NCBI RefSeq assembly: GCF_035084215.1
Contig: NC_090332.1
Coordinates: forward strand, 16,244,001-16,308,000
DNA length: 64,000 nt
DNA from: Heptranchias perlo
Taxonomy: Eukaryota
Reading direction: 5' to 3'
Part shown: piece after piece, positions 61,418-64,000 of the stretch
Numbering within the stretch: position 1 is the first letter of the stretch
Layout of the letters: the number at the start of each line of letters is the position of its first letter
Made by a program: the position numbers and the translations under genes
The notes under the pieces: generated by a model
What the model was told of the DNA's origin: nothing
What the model saw: the letters and a program-made list of their open reading frames with translations, nothing else
Database searches by the model: none

Positions 61418-63045
61418 CATCATAGTACCATAGTGGGTACAGTGCAGGAGGAGGCCATTCGACCGACATGTCTGTGCCGGCTCTTGGAAAGAGCTATCCA
61501 ATTAGTCCCATTCCCCTGCTCTTTCCCTATAGCCTTGTAACTTTTTTCCCTTCTAGTATTTATCCAATTCCCTTTTGAAAGTTACTATTGAATCGGCTTC
61601 CACCACCCTTTCAGGCAGTGCATTCCAGATCATTACAACTCACTGTTTAAAAAAAAATGTTTCCTCATTTCGCCTCTGGCTCTTTTGCCAATCACCTTTA
61701 AATCTGTGTCCTCTGTTTGCCAATCCTTCTGCCACTGGAAACAGTTTCTCCTTATTTACTCTGTCAAAACTCTTCATAATTTTGAACACCTCTATCAAAT
61801 CTCCCCTTAACCTTCTCTGTTCTAAGGAGAACAATCCCAGCTTCTGTAGTCTCTCCACATAACTGAAGTCGCTCATCTTTGGTACCATTCTGGTAAATCT
61901 CTTCTGCACCCTCTCTAAGGCCTTAACATCCTTCCTAAAGTGTGGTGCCCAGAATTGAACACAATACTCCAGTTGAGGCTTAACCAGTGTTTTATAAAGG
62001 TTTAGCATAACTTCCTTGCTTTTGTACTCTATGCCTCTGTTAATAAAGCCCAGGATCCCATATGCTTTTTTTAATAGCCTTCTTAACTTGTCCTGCCACC
62101 TTCAAAGATTTGTGTACGTGCACCCCCAGGTGTCTCTGTTCTTAATCATAGAATCATAGAATCATAGAAGTTACAACATGGAAACAGGCCCTTCGGCCCA
62201 ACATGTCCATGTCACCCAGTTTATACCACTAAGCTAGTCCCAATTGCCTGCACTTGGCCCATATCCCTCTATACCCATCTTACCCATGTAACTGTTCTTG
62301 CACCCCCTTTAAAATTGTACCATTTAGTTTATATTGCTTCTCCTCATTCTTCCTCCCAAAATGCATCACTTCACATTTCTTTGCATTAAATTTCATCTGC
62401 CATGTGTCTGCCTGTTTCACCCGTCTCTCTATGTCCTCCTAAAGCCTGTTACTATCCTACATGTTGTTTACTACATTTCAGAGTTTTGTGTCATCTGCAA
62501 ACTTTGAAATTATACCCTCTATATCCAAGTCCAGGTCATTAATATATATCAAAAAGAGCAGTGGTCCTAATACTGACCCCTGGGGAACACCTCTGTGTAC
62601 TTCCCTCCAGTCTGAAAAACAACCGTTCACCACTACTCTCTGCTTTCTGTCCCCGAGCCAATTTTATATCCACGCTGCCACTGTCCCTTTAATCCCATAG
62701 GCTTTAATTTTGCTAACAAGTCTATTATGTGGTACTTTATCAAAAGCCTTTTGGAAGTCCATATACACGTCAACTGCACTACCCTCTTCAACCCTCTCTG
62801 TTACTTCATCAAAGAACTCAATCAAGTTAGTCAAACACTATTTTCCTTTAACACATCCGTGCCAACTTTCATTTATTAGCCCATTCTATCCCAAGTGCCA
62901 TTTAATTTTGTCCCAGATCATTGTCTCTAAAAGTTTCCCCACCACCGACATTAGGCTGACTGACCTGTAATTGCTGGGTTTATCCCTCTCCCCTTTTTTG
63001 AACAGGGTTGTAACATTTGCAGTCCTCCGGCACCATCCCCATATG
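61418..63045 (-). mobile_element. 5'-truncated CR1 LINE (subfamily A) with RT
   Basis: Minus frames: [51 protein letters not shown]. Confidence 0.95.
62144..62291 (-). mobile_element. Young short CR1 3'-end insertion with octamer tail
   Basis: (AATCATAG)3 tail; TSD CTGTTCTT at 62136-62143 and 62292-62299. Confidence 0.85.
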
Positions 63046-63410
63046 CAGAACCAACCTAGACCAAAATCCGGTATTAGGGAGCTGAATTTTGTATGTAGGC
63101 CCTTTCACAAATCAGATACCTCTCCCAAGTGAGGCAGTGAAACTACCTGTCACCAGTGGACAATTAAATATCTTCTTCATTGTATACAAAGAAAGCTAAA
63201 GGCTTTATTCATTGACAATCTGTCCAAATATGTTCGAACTCTCTTCGTTTTAAGATATTAGATAGAGATCCAGGTGGCGCAATTGGTTAGACTTTACAAG
63301 GAGGACTTTTTGATGGAGTTGCATTGGACTCCAGCAAACATGGGTGGAAAATTCTTTGACCTGCTGCCTCTAGCTCCCCACTATTTCTGCAATCTTCTGC
63401 GGGAAGTGAT

Positions 63411-64000
63411 GGGGGAATACGGTAGCATAGTGGTTATGCGACTGGGCTAGTAATCCAGAGGCCTGGACTAAAATCCAGAGTCATGAGTTCAAATCCTGCC
63501 ACGGCAGCTGACGAATTTAATTTCAATTAATTAATTAAATTCAATTAATTAAATAAAAATCTGGAATTAAAATACTAGTATCAGTAATGATGGCCATGAA
63601 ACTACCGGATTGTCGTAAAAACCCATCTGGTTCACTAATGTCCTTTAGGGAAGGAAGCCTGCCGCCCTTACCCGGTCTGGCCGAAATGTGACTCCAGACC
63701 CACAGCAATGTGGTTGATTCTTAATTGCCCTCTGAAATGGCCTAGCAAGCCACTCAGTTGTAAAATCTCGCTACGAAAAGTCATAATAAGAATAAAACCG
63801 GACGGACCACTAGGCACCGGACACGACAACGGCAAAACACCAAGCCCAGTCGACCCTGCAAGGTCCTCCTTACTAACATCTGGGGACTTGTGCCAAAATT
63901 GGGAGAGCTGTCCCACAGACTAGTCAAGCAACAGCCTGACATAGCCATACTCACAGAATCATATCTTTCAGCCAACGTCCCCGACTCTTCCATCACCATC
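63411..64000 (+). mobile_element. 5' end of a LINE with tRNA-like Pol III head and APE frame (runs off the window)
   Basis: A box TAGCATAGTGG (63423-63433), B box GTTCAAATCC (63487-63496); open frame 63764-64000 '..KVLLTNIWGLVPKLGELSHRLVKQQPDIAILTESYL..' is an APE N-terminus. Confidence 0.85.

Noticed and set aside
63411-63505. Functional tRNA gene
   Set aside because: A and B boxes are present, but the anticodon-arm segment is duplicated, there is no clean acceptor stem or adjacent terminator, and it continues into repeat sequence.

Overview
Vertebrate nuclear DNA, very probably a shark/elasmobranch judging from the repeat complement (inference). It is not prokaryotic. No intact, recognisable cellular protein-coding gene is visible, and almost all longer ORFs are frames of decayed retrotransposons. 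The window holds CR1 LINE fragments of several subfamilies, L2 LINEs (one near full length, ~18.5-21.9 kb), Deu-domain SINEs (SacSINE1/AmnSINE1-like), an older tRNA-SINE family, TIR-bounded MITEs, Penelope-like element pieces and a 200-N assembly gap. Most notable: (1) a LINE at the right edge whose 5' end is a tRNA-like Pol III head running into an ATG-less APE endonuclease frame, with a SINE at 23.5 kb made of that same head plus a LINE 3' tail; (2) two young, TSD-flanked palindromic Penelope-derived inserts carrying minimal hammerhead ribozyme motifs; (3) a degenerate 13-bp-motif array with ~50-56 bp period at 14.7-15.0 kb; (4) a repeat-poor island at 11.3-12.4 kb with a well-formed intron and a possible spliced small ORF; (5) a 24-bp micro-inversion over the L2 RT YADD motif. 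Repeat boundaries were read by eye and are approximate; family names come from recalled consensus features, not database searches.
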